From positions 6,502 through 70,501 of IMG/VR virus record IMGVR_UViG_3300020408_000005: 64,000 nt of DNA; one strand, given 5' to 3'. This DNA comes from a virus. Taxonomy: Duplodnaviria; Caudoviricetes. Shown here one piece after another: positions 57,243 to 63,995 of the stretch (its first letter is position 1; each line of letters begins with the position of its first letter). The notes under the pieces were generated by a model, which saw nothing but the letters and a program-made list of their open reading frames with translations, ran no database searches and was not told the DNA's origin. Both the position numbers and the translations under genes were made by a program.

Positions 57243-57608
57243 TCATTTATACCGTAAATTTTTAAAATGGTCGTTTACTTTGTTCCCATCTATATGTCTC
57301 ACTTGCCTATGTTCTAGGTTAACAGTTTGGTTACTTTCTATTGTTTCCGCACTTAAAAAAGCACTAGCAACTAGGCGGGCAATTCTTCTTACAACTGTCT
57401 TACCGTTATGTCTCAAAGTCACTCTCTTGTAACCGTTTTCATTAATATGAGTCCTAAGTTTTTTCCACTTTCCCCACTTAGTTGAATAGACCTCGCCATT
57501 CTCCTTAATGTAATAATCTTCATATAGTGGTAAAGGTTTATAGATGTTTCCGCTATCATCAACAAAAGTTTCCGCATCTACTTTTTTAAACGTGTAAATA
57601 GTCATCAT
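57243..57608 (-). CDS. NUMOD4/HNH homing-endonuclease-like protein, degenerate or truncated
   Basis: Y.I.ENGEVYS...GYKRVTL...IARLVASAF...VRHIDGNKVND..NLRY then stop. Confidence 0.7.
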   Translation of the reverse strand: MMTIYTFKKVDAETFVDDSGNIYKPLPLYEDYYIKENGEVYSTKWGKWKKLRTHINENGYKRVTLRHNGKTVVRRIARLVASAFLSAETIESNQTVNLEHRQVRHIDGNKVNDHFKNLRYK

Positions 57609-57621
57609 TTTATAGGATAAT

Positions 57622-57650
57622 AAAAAAGGGACTAGGTTAATAGTCCCTTT
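57622..57650 (-). terminator. Rho-independent terminator downstream of the ArdA-like gene
   Basis: AAAGGGACTA-N6-TAGTCCCTTT followed by a T-tract on the minus strand. Confidence 0.8.
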
Positions 57651-57681
57651 ATATATAAGTTTAATTAAAACCCTTTTTTAC

Positions 57682-58221
57682 TTAGAAATTGCTAAAAATA
57701 TGGTTATCCCATTCGCAATAGTCATAACTTAGAGAATGATTCCAAATTTTTTCGTAGTCGATACAGTTTTCTATCCAACTTGGAAGTGAGTTAGAAATAT
57801 AACCACATTCTGAGATTAATTCCTCTGTAAACTCTGCTCCGCTGTAGTATTTTCCTCTGTAAGACTCTTCTAAGTGAATTAAGTCGTTTATACTGAATAA
57901 GTTAATAAATGCTTCGATAATCTCATCAACTGGGGAATCGAAGTATCTTAACTCATTACAAACATTTTCATAAGTGTCAATTTCTTCGATAGCGTCATCA
58001 ATGTCTAGGTTGAAAGTCTCTTGAAATTCTTGAATTTCGTCTAGTCTCTCTGTACCTTCATCAAGTGCTATCTCTGTGACTTTAGAAAATTCTACTCCGT
58101 AGTCTGTAGAAAATTCTAAACTACGGTTAACAATTTCATTAAGTTCTAAAACTCTGGACTTTCTTAAATCAGCATTGATTTTGTCTAGTCTAGTTTGCTG
58201 AGAGTTAGATAAAGTTTGCAT
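57682..58221 (-). CDS. ardA: ArdA-like antirestriction (DNA mimic) protein
   Basis: Very acidic; EESYRGKYYSGAEFTEELISECG...LPSWIENCIDYEKIW...DY.....HIF matches the ArdA C-terminal pattern. Confidence 0.72.
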   Translation of the reverse strand: MQTLSNSQQTRLDKINADLRKSRVLELNEIVNRSLEFSTDYGVEFSKVTEIALDEGTERLDEIQEFQETFNLDIDDAIEEIDTYENVCNELRYFDSPVDEIIEAFINLFSINDLIHLEESYRGKYYSGAEFTEELISECGYISNSLPSWIENCIDYEKIWNHSLSYDYCEWDNHIFSNF

Positions 58222-58248
58222 TTTGGGAAAAGTGTTTTGTATAAGTTA

Positions 58249-58278
58249 ATGATAACATAAATTTTTGATTTATGGCAA
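58249..58278 (-). promoter_or_regulatory. Sigma70-like early promoter
   Basis: TTGCCA-N18-TATCAT with TG extension. Confidence 0.7.
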
Positions 58279-58279
58279 G

Positions 58280-58305
58280 AAAAAAGAGAATTTTTATATT
58301 CTCTT
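58280..58305 (-). terminator. Rho-independent terminator
   Basis: AAGAGAAT-N6-ATTCTCTT plus T-tract, overlapping the upstream stop codon. Confidence 0.6.
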
Positions 58306-58546
58306 AATATTCACTCCATTGTCTCAAATATGAGTTAATTTCTGCTAATGTGCAAGAATACTTATATTCTGCTCCATTACCAGTAATAAATCTGCCAAAA
58401 CTATTAGTTAAAGCAAGTTCATATAATCCATCATTTTCAAAGTAAACGATAGATGCACCAAAGTTGTTATTAGGGAAATTAATTTTACTTACTTTAGTGT
58501 TTGGGATATTTCCCTTTTCTGTAGCGTAAGGATAAAACTCGAACAT
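58304..58546 (-). CDS. Hypothetical early protein
   Basis: 80 aa; FPNNNFGASIV...GLYELAL. Confidence 0.72.
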   Translation of the reverse strand: MFEFYPYATEKGNIPNTKVSKINFPNNNFGASIVYFENDGLYELALTNSFGRFITGNGAEYKYSCTLAEINSYLRQWSEY

Positions 58547-58570
58547 AGTGTAATTAGTGTTGTTAATACT

Positions 58571-58620
58571 ATGATAACATAATTTTTACATTATGTGAGT
58601 ATGAAATATTAAGAAATAAT
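58571..58620 (-). promoter_or_regulatory. Early promoter with TTCTTAATATTTC box
   Basis: TTAATA core ends 30 nt upstream of an extended -10 TGtTATCAT. Confidence 0.65.
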
Positions 58621-58626
58621 AAAGCA

Positions 58627-58660
58627 TAAAAAAAAGGTTAGAGTTCCCAATTCTAACCTT
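58627..58660 (-). terminator. Rho-independent terminator
   Basis: AAGGTTAGA...TCTAACCTT hairpin followed by a long T-run on the minus strand. Confidence 0.8.
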
Positions 58661-58782
58661 AGAAAAAACCAAATTTTTAGCAATATCAATTTAACCTAAC
58701 AATATTAACCATAGTGTGAGATATGATTAATATTACTGGACTTACATAAAAGGGAACACTAAAACCTTTTAATGCCAGTTAA

Positions 58783-59217
58783 CTAAACTGCTAGTGGGTA
58801 GTATCCGTTAGTGTTGAAATAATCAATATCTGAAATAGTTAAATGCTTTTCAAATACTTTCATACCTTCGTAGAATTGAATTTCCGCACCAGTTAAAGTG
58901 TCAATTACTACCCATTGTTTTTTTACTTGCTTGATATAAACTCTATCCTTAGTTAGTTCACTAAGAATTGCGTTTAATCTCTCTTTAGTTGTTTTGGTTC
59001 TAAATCCACCATTAAACAACTTAACTGACCTATAACCAAAATGTGTGTGGTCGATTGAAGCGATTATTGTATCGTAAAATTTTACGTCAACAATATTTGA
59101 ACCGTCTAACCTAGTAATAACTTCAGTATTACCTAGTCCAGTTCCCTTAGTGTTGCACCTCATCATAGCGAAAAGTGCTGTTGTTGTACTGGGTTTTGAA
59201 AAAGTCAAAGTTGGCAT
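58783..59217 (-). CDS. Hypothetical early protein
   Basis: 144 aa; GGFRTKTTKERLNAIL motif. Confidence 0.75.
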   Translation of the reverse strand: MPTLTFSKPSTTTALFAMMRCNTKGTGLGNTEVITRLDGSNIVDVKFYDTIIASIDHTHFGYRSVKLFNGGFRTKTTKERLNAILSELTKDRVYIKQVKKQWVVIDTLTGAEIQFYEGMKVFEKHLTISDIDYFNTNGYYPLAV

Positions 59218-59247
59218 TTTGAAAAAGTGTTTTTTGCTTATATACCT

Positions 59248-59292
59248 ATATTATCATAAAATATAGGTTAGTGTGGATTGAATTGTTAAGAA
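59248..59292 (-). promoter_or_regulatory. Early promoter with TTCTTAACAATTC box
   Basis: TTAACA core ends 30 nt upstream of TGaTAATAT. Confidence 0.65.
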
Positions 59293-59295
59293 AAT

Positions 59296-59427
59296 CTAAA
59301 ATCTTTTTTTCTTAGAATCTCTTACCATTTTATTAAACTTTTTACTTTGTTTTGGACTCATACCACAAAAATAGTTTAATAAGTTGCCTTCATATTGATC
59401 GGCAAGTTTGATTAAATCATCATTCAT
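59296..59427 (-). CDS. 43-aa hypothetical protein (not in ORF track)
   Basis: TAATG-coupled; MNDDLIKLADQYEGNLLNYF... Confidence 0.55.
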   Translation of the reverse strand: MNDDLIKLADQYEGNLLNYFCGMSPKQSKKFNKMVRDSKKKRF

Positions 59428-59531
59428 TACTTTCTATCCTTTTGTATAGCGTGGTAGTCTAGGGTAGTTGCTATTGCTTTACCAGTTATGAATAAAGCAT
59501 AGCAACCGCCTATAAGAATGAATAACTCCAT
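59427..59531 (-). CDS. 34-aa small membrane protein (not in ORF track)
   Basis: TAATG-coupled at both ends; MELFILIGGCYALFITGKAIATTLDY. Confidence 0.6.
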   Translation of the reverse strand: MELFILIGGCYALFITGKAIATTLDYHAIQKDRK

Positions 59532-59665
59532 TAGTGAATACCTCTAAGTAAGTTTTTACTGTTGTTAAACTGATCTATAAGAATCTCAGTTTTAGCGTTT
59601 TGTTTCGCTATTTCCTTATCTGCAAATTTGATAAGTCTGTGAAGCATTTTTAAATCCTTATCCAT
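59531..59665 (-). CDS. 44-aa hypothetical protein (start revised)
   Basis: ATG follows the AACACT leader; the upstream extension in the track crosses a promoter. Confidence 0.6.
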   Translation of the reverse strand: MDKDLKMLHRLIKFADKEIAKQNAKTEILIDQFNNSKNLLRGIH

Positions 59666-59700
59666 AGTGTTGGTTAAGTTAGTGTTGTTTGTATATAACC

Positions 59701-59729
59701 AATATAAGGGATAATTAAGCATAATGCAA
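59701..59729 (-). promoter_or_regulatory. Sigma70-like early promoter
   Basis: TTGCAT-N17-TATATT. Confidence 0.6.
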
Positions 59730-59744
59730 TAGGAAAAACTGATT

Positions 59745-59987
59745 TTAACATTTTCTTAACAATTCATCTTTTTTTCCATCAATATATCCCTTTTTATAGG
59801 ACTCTTGACTAATTTCGCTGATATTCTCAATTTCTTGCTCAGATAAACCTGATTCTTCAAAAATTAAAGCATTATCTGAAAATTCTCTTAATGTTTCAAT
59901 AACTTCTTCAAAAGTGAAATTTCGATTAATCGCATTTTCTCCGTATGCAATTTCAAAAACTTCTTCGATAAACTGTTTTTGGTTCAT
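59745..59987 (-). CDS. Acidic hypothetical protein
   Basis: 80 aa; FIEEVFEIAYGENAINRNFT.EEVI. Confidence 0.7.
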   Translation of the reverse strand: MNQKQFIEEVFEIAYGENAINRNFTFEEVIETLREFSDNALIFEESGLSEQEIENISEISQESYKKGYIDGKKDELLRKC

Positions 59988-60211
59988 TACTTAGAATCCT
60001 CCATAATTTCGCTAGTATCTTGAATTGTAAACTCATAATCAACATTATCATTAATATCAACATAATTACAATCGAAAAAACTTTCAAATTGACAATTAGT
60101 TAAAATATTATCTTTTAGATAATAGAAAGTTATGTTATCATCAGGTTTACACGTTGATTTTTCATAATCAACAAATAAACCCAATTCTTCAATTAGTTGC
60201 TTGATTTTCAC
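59987..60211 (-). CDS. Acidic hypothetical protein
   Basis: 74 aa, translationally coupled. Confidence 0.65.
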   Translation of the reverse strand: MKIKQLIEELGLFVDYEKSTCKPDDNITFYYLKDNILTNCQFESFFDCNYVDINDNVDYEFTIQDTSEIMEDSK

Positions 60212-60345
60212 TTGATTAACTCCTTATGTAATTTGATTAAAACGTCAGAATTAATATCAAGAATTTCATTTTTCTTGTCATCATTTTCTGAATAATGAAA
60301 GTTTAAACACTCTATCATATAGAGAATTTCTTTTTGTGTAAACAT
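60208..60345 (-). CDS. 45-aa hypothetical protein (not in ORF track)
   Basis: Coupled at both ends; MFTQKEILYMIECLNFHYS... Confidence 0.55.
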   Translation of the reverse strand: MFTQKEILYMIECLNFHYSENDDKKNEILDINSDVLIKLHKELIK

Positions 60346-60554
60346 TATACAATACCTTCCTCTACTAACCCCATTATGTTGCCTGTTTCATCAATTATTT
60401 CCCCTGTTTCGTTATCTCGAACACAAGAATATTCATAATCTAACCCAAATTCAAAGGATAAATCCTTTGCTTTTTCTAAATCATCAGTAAATACCTCTGA
60501 ATTAAATAATCTGGGTGTTTCAACTGTGTATTTGAAATTGTGCTGATTTGACAT
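60345..60554 (-). CDS. Acidic hypothetical protein
   Basis: 69 aa, downstream of a promoter; VRDNETGEII. Confidence 0.7.
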   Translation of the reverse strand: MSNQHNFKYTVETPRLFNSEVFTDDLEKAKDLSFEFGLDYEYSCVRDNETGEIIDETGNIMGLVEEGIV

Positions 60555-60583
60555 TTTTTTTAGTGTTGTTTTGTTTATAATTT

Positions 60584-60630
60584 ATTATTGCATATATTTC
60601 TGGTATATGTCAATAATGAAATATTAAGAA
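60584..60630 (-). promoter_or_regulatory. Early promoter with TTGACA and TTCTTAATATTTC box
   Basis: TTGACA-N18-AATAAT with the box upstream. Confidence 0.65.
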
Positions 60631-60634
60631 ATAA

Positions 60635-60859
60635 TTAATTATTTTCCCATTTGATTTTCTTTTCTGAATTTGCTATATCAAAACAAATTTCGCAAAGACA
60701 ATCAGCATCAGGAAAATGATCTCGCCAATTATATTTTTCCTCTATTGGATAATCCCAATAGTAATATAATTCTGGTTGATAATCTGGTAACGCTCTAATA
60801 GACGGTTCTCCGTCAGTATGCTCATCATCAAAATTACCACATACGTCACATAATGCCAT
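60635..60859 (-). CDS. Small zinc-ribbon-like protein
   Basis: CDVC...CLCEIC. Confidence 0.65.
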   Translation of the reverse strand: MALCDVCGNFDDEHTDGEPSIRALPDYQPELYYYWDYPIEEKYNWRDHFPDADCLCEICFDIANSEKKIKWENN

Positions 60860-61113
60860 TATGCCACCCCCATTTTTGATAATGTTTGATTAGTTGCTCT
60901 ACGCTCAATAACAAAATCTCTTACTCTCTCTCTATCAAGAGAATCCCCACCGCCCCAAGTAACGTGTGTGCCTACTTCACATAGGTCGAGATAGTTTAAA
61001 GTTGCAAGTGCTAACTCTTCCCTAGTTAAACCATCAATAGGGTAAAGTACATCAGGGTGACTAGGTGAATAAAATGATTCACAATAATCAAGAAATTCTT
61101 TAAAGTTGTCCAT
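60859..61113 (-). CDS. Hypothetical protein (start revised to MDNFKEF)
   Basis: FLDYCESFY...LYP...WGGGDSLDRERVRD; ATG follows AACACT. Confidence 0.7.
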   Translation of the reverse strand: MDNFKEFLDYCESFYSPSHPDVLYPIDGLTREELALATLNYLDLCEVGTHVTWGGGDSLDRERVRDFVIERRATNQTLSKMGVA

Positions 61114-61135
61114 AGTGTTTTTTGTATATGAATCC

Positions 61136-61181
61136 ATCATAACATAAAATAATGAATAATGGATATTTGAATTGTTAAGAA
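61136..61181 (-). promoter_or_regulatory. Early promoter with TTCTTAACAATTC box
   Basis: TTAACA core ends 31 nt upstream of TGtTATGAT. Confidence 0.65.
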
Positions 61182-61185
61182 ATAA

Positions 61186-61401
61186 TTAAATTGCTAATGA
61201 TAGTTGAGTATCTGTAAAAACTTCCTCTTCAATATCTTCTATAACTTCATTAAATTCCCCAAAATCTTCAGTATAATCTGAAAAATCATAATCTCCGTTT
61301 TTGTAAAGTTCAATAGCGTGTTCCTTACTTTTTGCTTCAAAAGTATATGTTCCGTATTTATCGAATTTTACATTGATGTAATATCTTTTTAATTGATTCA
61401 T
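61186..61401 (-). CDS. Acidic hypothetical protein
   Basis: 71 aa; YTFEAKSKEHAIE motif. Confidence 0.7.
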   Translation of the reverse strand: MNQLKRYYINVKFDKYGTYTFEAKSKEHAIELYKNGDYDFSDYTEDFGEFNEVIEDIEEEVFTDTQLSLAI

Positions 61402-61403
61402 TT

Positions 61404-61619
61404 TTAAAAATCCTCTTTTAATTGTATTTTGTAGTCGATTGATTTAATGCACCAACCTGCGTTAGCGGTCACTTCTTCGATTAAATCGTCAGGGTCAGTT
61501 GCTTCCCATAAACCTAAATTGTCATTGATTATTAGTTTTTGGTCATCAAATGAGACACTATAATAATCTGGTAAATCTTCATTGAAGTCAAATTCAATAT
61601 CGGTTACTAAGTACTGCAT
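61404..61619 (-). CDS. Acidic hypothetical protein
   Basis: 71 aa; VTDIEFDF...WEA.DPDDLIEEVT...GWCIKSIDY. Confidence 0.72.
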   Translation of the reverse strand: MQYLVTDIEFDFNEDLPDYYSVSFDDQKLIINDNLGLWEATDPDDLIEEVTANAGWCIKSIDYKIQLKEDF

Positions 61620-61620
61620 A

Positions 61621-61884
61621 TTAACCCTTCGCTTCCATTTTTTGCTGAAATGCGATTCTATCCCTTTCTTCGGGTGTAATCACTCTCTCAGGGTCATATT
61701 GAGAGTTATATGCTTCTTGAAAGTCAAATCCTAGCATATCGTCAACGATTTCCTGCATTTCGTCAATTTCACTTTCAAATTGACTAAACCAAAAATCTTG
61801 ATTCATAACGTGTAAGGACTCATTTTCCTTACGATAGTTTTCTAGGTCAGTTTGGAACTGTTCTAAAATTTTTTCAAAGTTCAT
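61621..61884 (-). CDS. Acidic hypothetical protein
   Basis: 87 aa, follows the AACACT leader. Confidence 0.7.
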   Translation of the reverse strand: MNFEKILEQFQTDLENYRKENESLHVMNQDFWFSQFESEIDEMQEIVDDMLGFDFQEAYNSQYDPERVITPEERDRIAFQQKMEAKG

Positions 61885-61906
61885 AGTGTTGTTTTTAACT
61901 ATTTGT

Positions 61907-61967
61907 ATATTAAATCATTTTGTATCAAATACAATAAAAGGTGTGACAATATTTTTACTGTCACACC
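61907..61967 (-). promoter_or_regulatory. Early promoter with GTGACA-N10-TGTCAC palindrome (may double as terminator)
   Basis: Palindrome ends 30 nt before TAATAT; TTGTAT at the -35 position; TTTT follows the stem. Confidence 0.65.
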
Positions 61968-61973
61968 CTCAAA

Positions 61974-62366
61974 TTATTCGTTGAATTGATCGTAGAAATC
62001 GTCACTATTCAGTAGTGGCAACGGATCTCCTGAGTCACGATATACTGGGTCAGGGTTCATAAATGAAACTACATCATCAGTAAAACTTGTAATATCGCCT
62101 TCATAGGCACTATAATGGGTGTTTTCTTCTTCCCAATCTGTAAATTCTGCATTTTTCCAATCTAACTCACTCCAATAAAATTCAGAACCATCTAGGTATC
62201 TATTAGATGCTACATTTTTGTTAAGTTTTTCGTATTCTTCTCTTGTAACTACGATTTCCTCTAAAACTACTTTTCTTCTTACAAGTGTAACTAGATTATC
62301 TGAGTCTAATTTTTCTTGACCCATATTTGATGCTAGTGCCTGTTGAAATGGTGTTAATTTACTCAT
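61974..62366 (-). CDS. Acidic hypothetical protein
   Basis: 130-aa ORF, translationally coupled. Confidence 0.7.
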   Translation of the reverse strand: MSKLTPFQQALASNMGQEKLDSDNLVTLVRRKVVLEEIVVTREEYEKLNKNVASNRYLDGSEFYWSELDWKNAEFTDWEEENTHYSAYEGDITSFTDDVVSFMNPDPVYRDSGDPLPLLNSDDFYDQFNE

Positions 62367-62506
62367 TGATGATAAACCTCATAATGTTGAATTGTGTCAA
62401 GTGCTTCGATTTGATGATCGTTTAACTCAAAGTCCATATCTCTGAGTATATCATACAGTTTAACCATATTGTAAACTTGATCGTTTGTAAATGGTATGTT
62501 AATCAT
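62363..62506 (-). CDS. 47-aa hypothetical protein (start revised)
   Basis: MINIPFTNDQVYNMVKLYDILRDMDFEL...; overlaps the upstream stop. Confidence 0.6.
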   Translation of the reverse strand: MINIPFTNDQVYNMVKLYDILRDMDFELNDHQIEALDTIQHYEVYHQ

Positions 62507-62717
62507 TTTCAATACCTCGCATTGAATCATCAAATTTATAATAGGTGTATAACCACTCAAACTCGTTACCTGTTAGTGGTTCAATTCCATCTACAACAAA
62601 TTCATCAAATAATGCTCTTGAGTCCTCTGTACGGTTCTCATCAACTGCTCTAATAGTGCTTTGCATTATTGTGTCAATTAAGACATCAATAGATTTATCT
62701 AGTGATTCTGTTTTCAT
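62499..62717 (-). CDS. Acidic hypothetical protein (start revised to MKTESLD)
   Basis: ATG directly after the upstream stop. Confidence 0.65.
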   Translation of the reverse strand: MKTESLDKSIDVLIDTIMQSTIRAVDENRTEDSRALFDEFVVDGIEPLTGNEFEWLYTYYKFDDSMRGIEND

Positions 62718-62718
62718 T

Positions 62719-62886
62719 TTAAAAATCCTCAACTGTTAAATTGTTTACTGCATCATAAACTTTATCTTCCATTGTGTCAAAAGTTTCTGTATCATATAAA
62801 TCACTCCTATATTTCATTGTTTTAGGGTGTGATAATAACCTAGTGAGTGATTGATGCTCTTCGATTGATAGTTTGATTATAGGCAT
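62719..62886 (-). CDS. 55-aa hypothetical protein (not in ORF track)
   Basis: MPIIKLSIEEHQSLTRLL...DTETFDTMEDKVYDA. Confidence 0.6.
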   Translation of the reverse strand: MPIIKLSIEEHQSLTRLLSHPKTMKYRSDLYDTETFDTMEDKVYDAVNNLTVEDF

Positions 62887-63044
62887 AAATCCTCAAACCT
62901 CCTACCAACTGTGGCATCTATAGCAACCATATCAAGATCGGACTCTTTAACGTTGAATCCTGCTTTTCTTAGATTTTCGAGTGACTCGGCAACAACTTCA
63001 TCATAAAGTGTTTCTAAGATTGACTCGTGATGTAAAACTGACAT
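62877..63044 (-). CDS. 55-aa hypothetical protein (not in ORF track)
   Basis: MSVLHHESILETLYDEV...RRFEDLCL, downstream of a promoter and AACACT leader. Confidence 0.7.
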   Translation of the reverse strand: MSVLHHESILETLYDEVVAESLENLRKAGFNVKESDLDMVAIDATVGRRFEDLCL

Positions 63045-63068
63045 AATAGTGTTTTGTTTCTTGATTTA

Positions 63069-63126
63069 ATATTAAACGATAATGTGACTATTTCAAGTTT
63101 GGTAGTGACACTTTCTTATCTGTCAT
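63069..63126 (-). promoter_or_regulatory. Early promoter with ATGACA-N10-TGTCAC palindrome
   Basis: Palindrome ends 30 nt before TAATAT; TTGAAA at the -35 position; same geometry as 61907-61967. Confidence 0.65.
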
Positions 63127-63321
63127 AGCATAGAACACTTTTTCAAATGTTGCTTTGCTATCTTTTAATTTGTTCTTTTTGTACCATACTCTATACATAT
63201 CAACGGTATTTGATGTATCATTACCTTTTGTTTCATTGTTATAGAATGTAAAAAAGAACATCATAGAGTCAATTAAAATCTGTTGCTCTGTTTCATTTAA
63301 TGTTATGTTAAATTGTTTCAT
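63088..63321 (-). CDS. Hypothetical protein
   Basis: 77-aa ORF. Confidence 0.65.
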   Translation of the reverse strand: MKQFNITLNETEQQILIDSMMFFFTFYNNETKGNDTSNTVDMYRVWYKKNKLKDSKATFEKVFYAMTDKKVSLPNLK

Positions 63322-63323
63322 AA

Positions 63324-63662
63324 TTACATATAGAATGAAGTTGGTCTTTTAGAAATCTTATTATGATCTTTTCTTTTCATTCTTAGAACCTCGAAATCTC
63401 TATCAATACCAAATGCTGATTCACTAGGTATTGGAAATGTAGTTTTACGTTGCTCTTTAGATAATTCTAGTTCATTCTCTGTTAACCATTGATCGTTAAT
63501 GAGTTCTTGAACCTTTCTAAATGCTCCAACAACTGCATCTTTACCATATCGGTCAAATGCCATTCCTGACGGTGCATTGTTCTCGTCTAGGTCGCAATAA
63601 CAATAACCTAATTGATTTGCAACTAAACCTAGTTCTCTTGCTGTTAAATTAAGTTGATACAT
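63324..63662 (-). CDS. Hypothetical protein
   Basis: 112-aa ORF downstream of a promoter. Confidence 0.7.
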   Translation of the reverse strand: MYQLNLTARELGLVANQLGYCYCDLDENNAPSGMAFDRYGKDAVVGAFRKVQELINDQWLTENELELSKEQRKTTFPIPSESAFGIDRDFEVLRMKRKDHNKISKRPTSFYM

Positions 63663-63697
63663 TTTAATGATGTGGGTTGTAGTAGTTTAACATTAAT

Positions 63698-63731
63698 ATT
63701 ATAACAAATATAATTACTAGAATTGTTAAGA
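63698..63731 (-). promoter_or_regulatory. Early promoter with TCTTAACAATTC box
   Basis: TTAACA core ends 20 nt upstream of TGtTATAAT. Confidence 0.6.
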
Positions 63732-63734
63732 CAA

Positions 63735-63995
63735 TCATAAGATTTCCTCCATTTTGTTGTCGATTAAATAAGCAATAAAATCATTCCATTCTGACCAATC
63801 TTGATCGTAAACTTGGTAACAAATGTCCTTGATAAATTCCTCATTGATTTTTGATTTATCCCATTCTTCCCTGTCGTATGTGTCAATAACAGATAATACG
63901 TCAGATTCTATATCAACGTAATTTGTAGCAAATCGAACAGGGTCAGGGCAACTCTTTATCCAGTTCTCATAGGTCATCATAACTGATTCTCCCAT
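63735..63995 (-). CDS. Acidic hypothetical protein
   Basis: 86-aa ORF; start uncertain at the window edge. Confidence 0.65.
   Translation of the reverse strand: MGESVMMTYENWIKSCPDPVRFATNYVDIESDVLSVIDTYDREEWDKSKINEEFIKDICYQVYDQDWSEWNDFIAYLIDNKMEEIL

Noticed and set aside
59666-59722. Upstream starts in the ORF track (59722, 61140, 62560, 62732, 50827)
   Set aside because: The extensions run through promoters or neighbouring genes; downstream ATGs follow the ACACT leader or a coupled stop.
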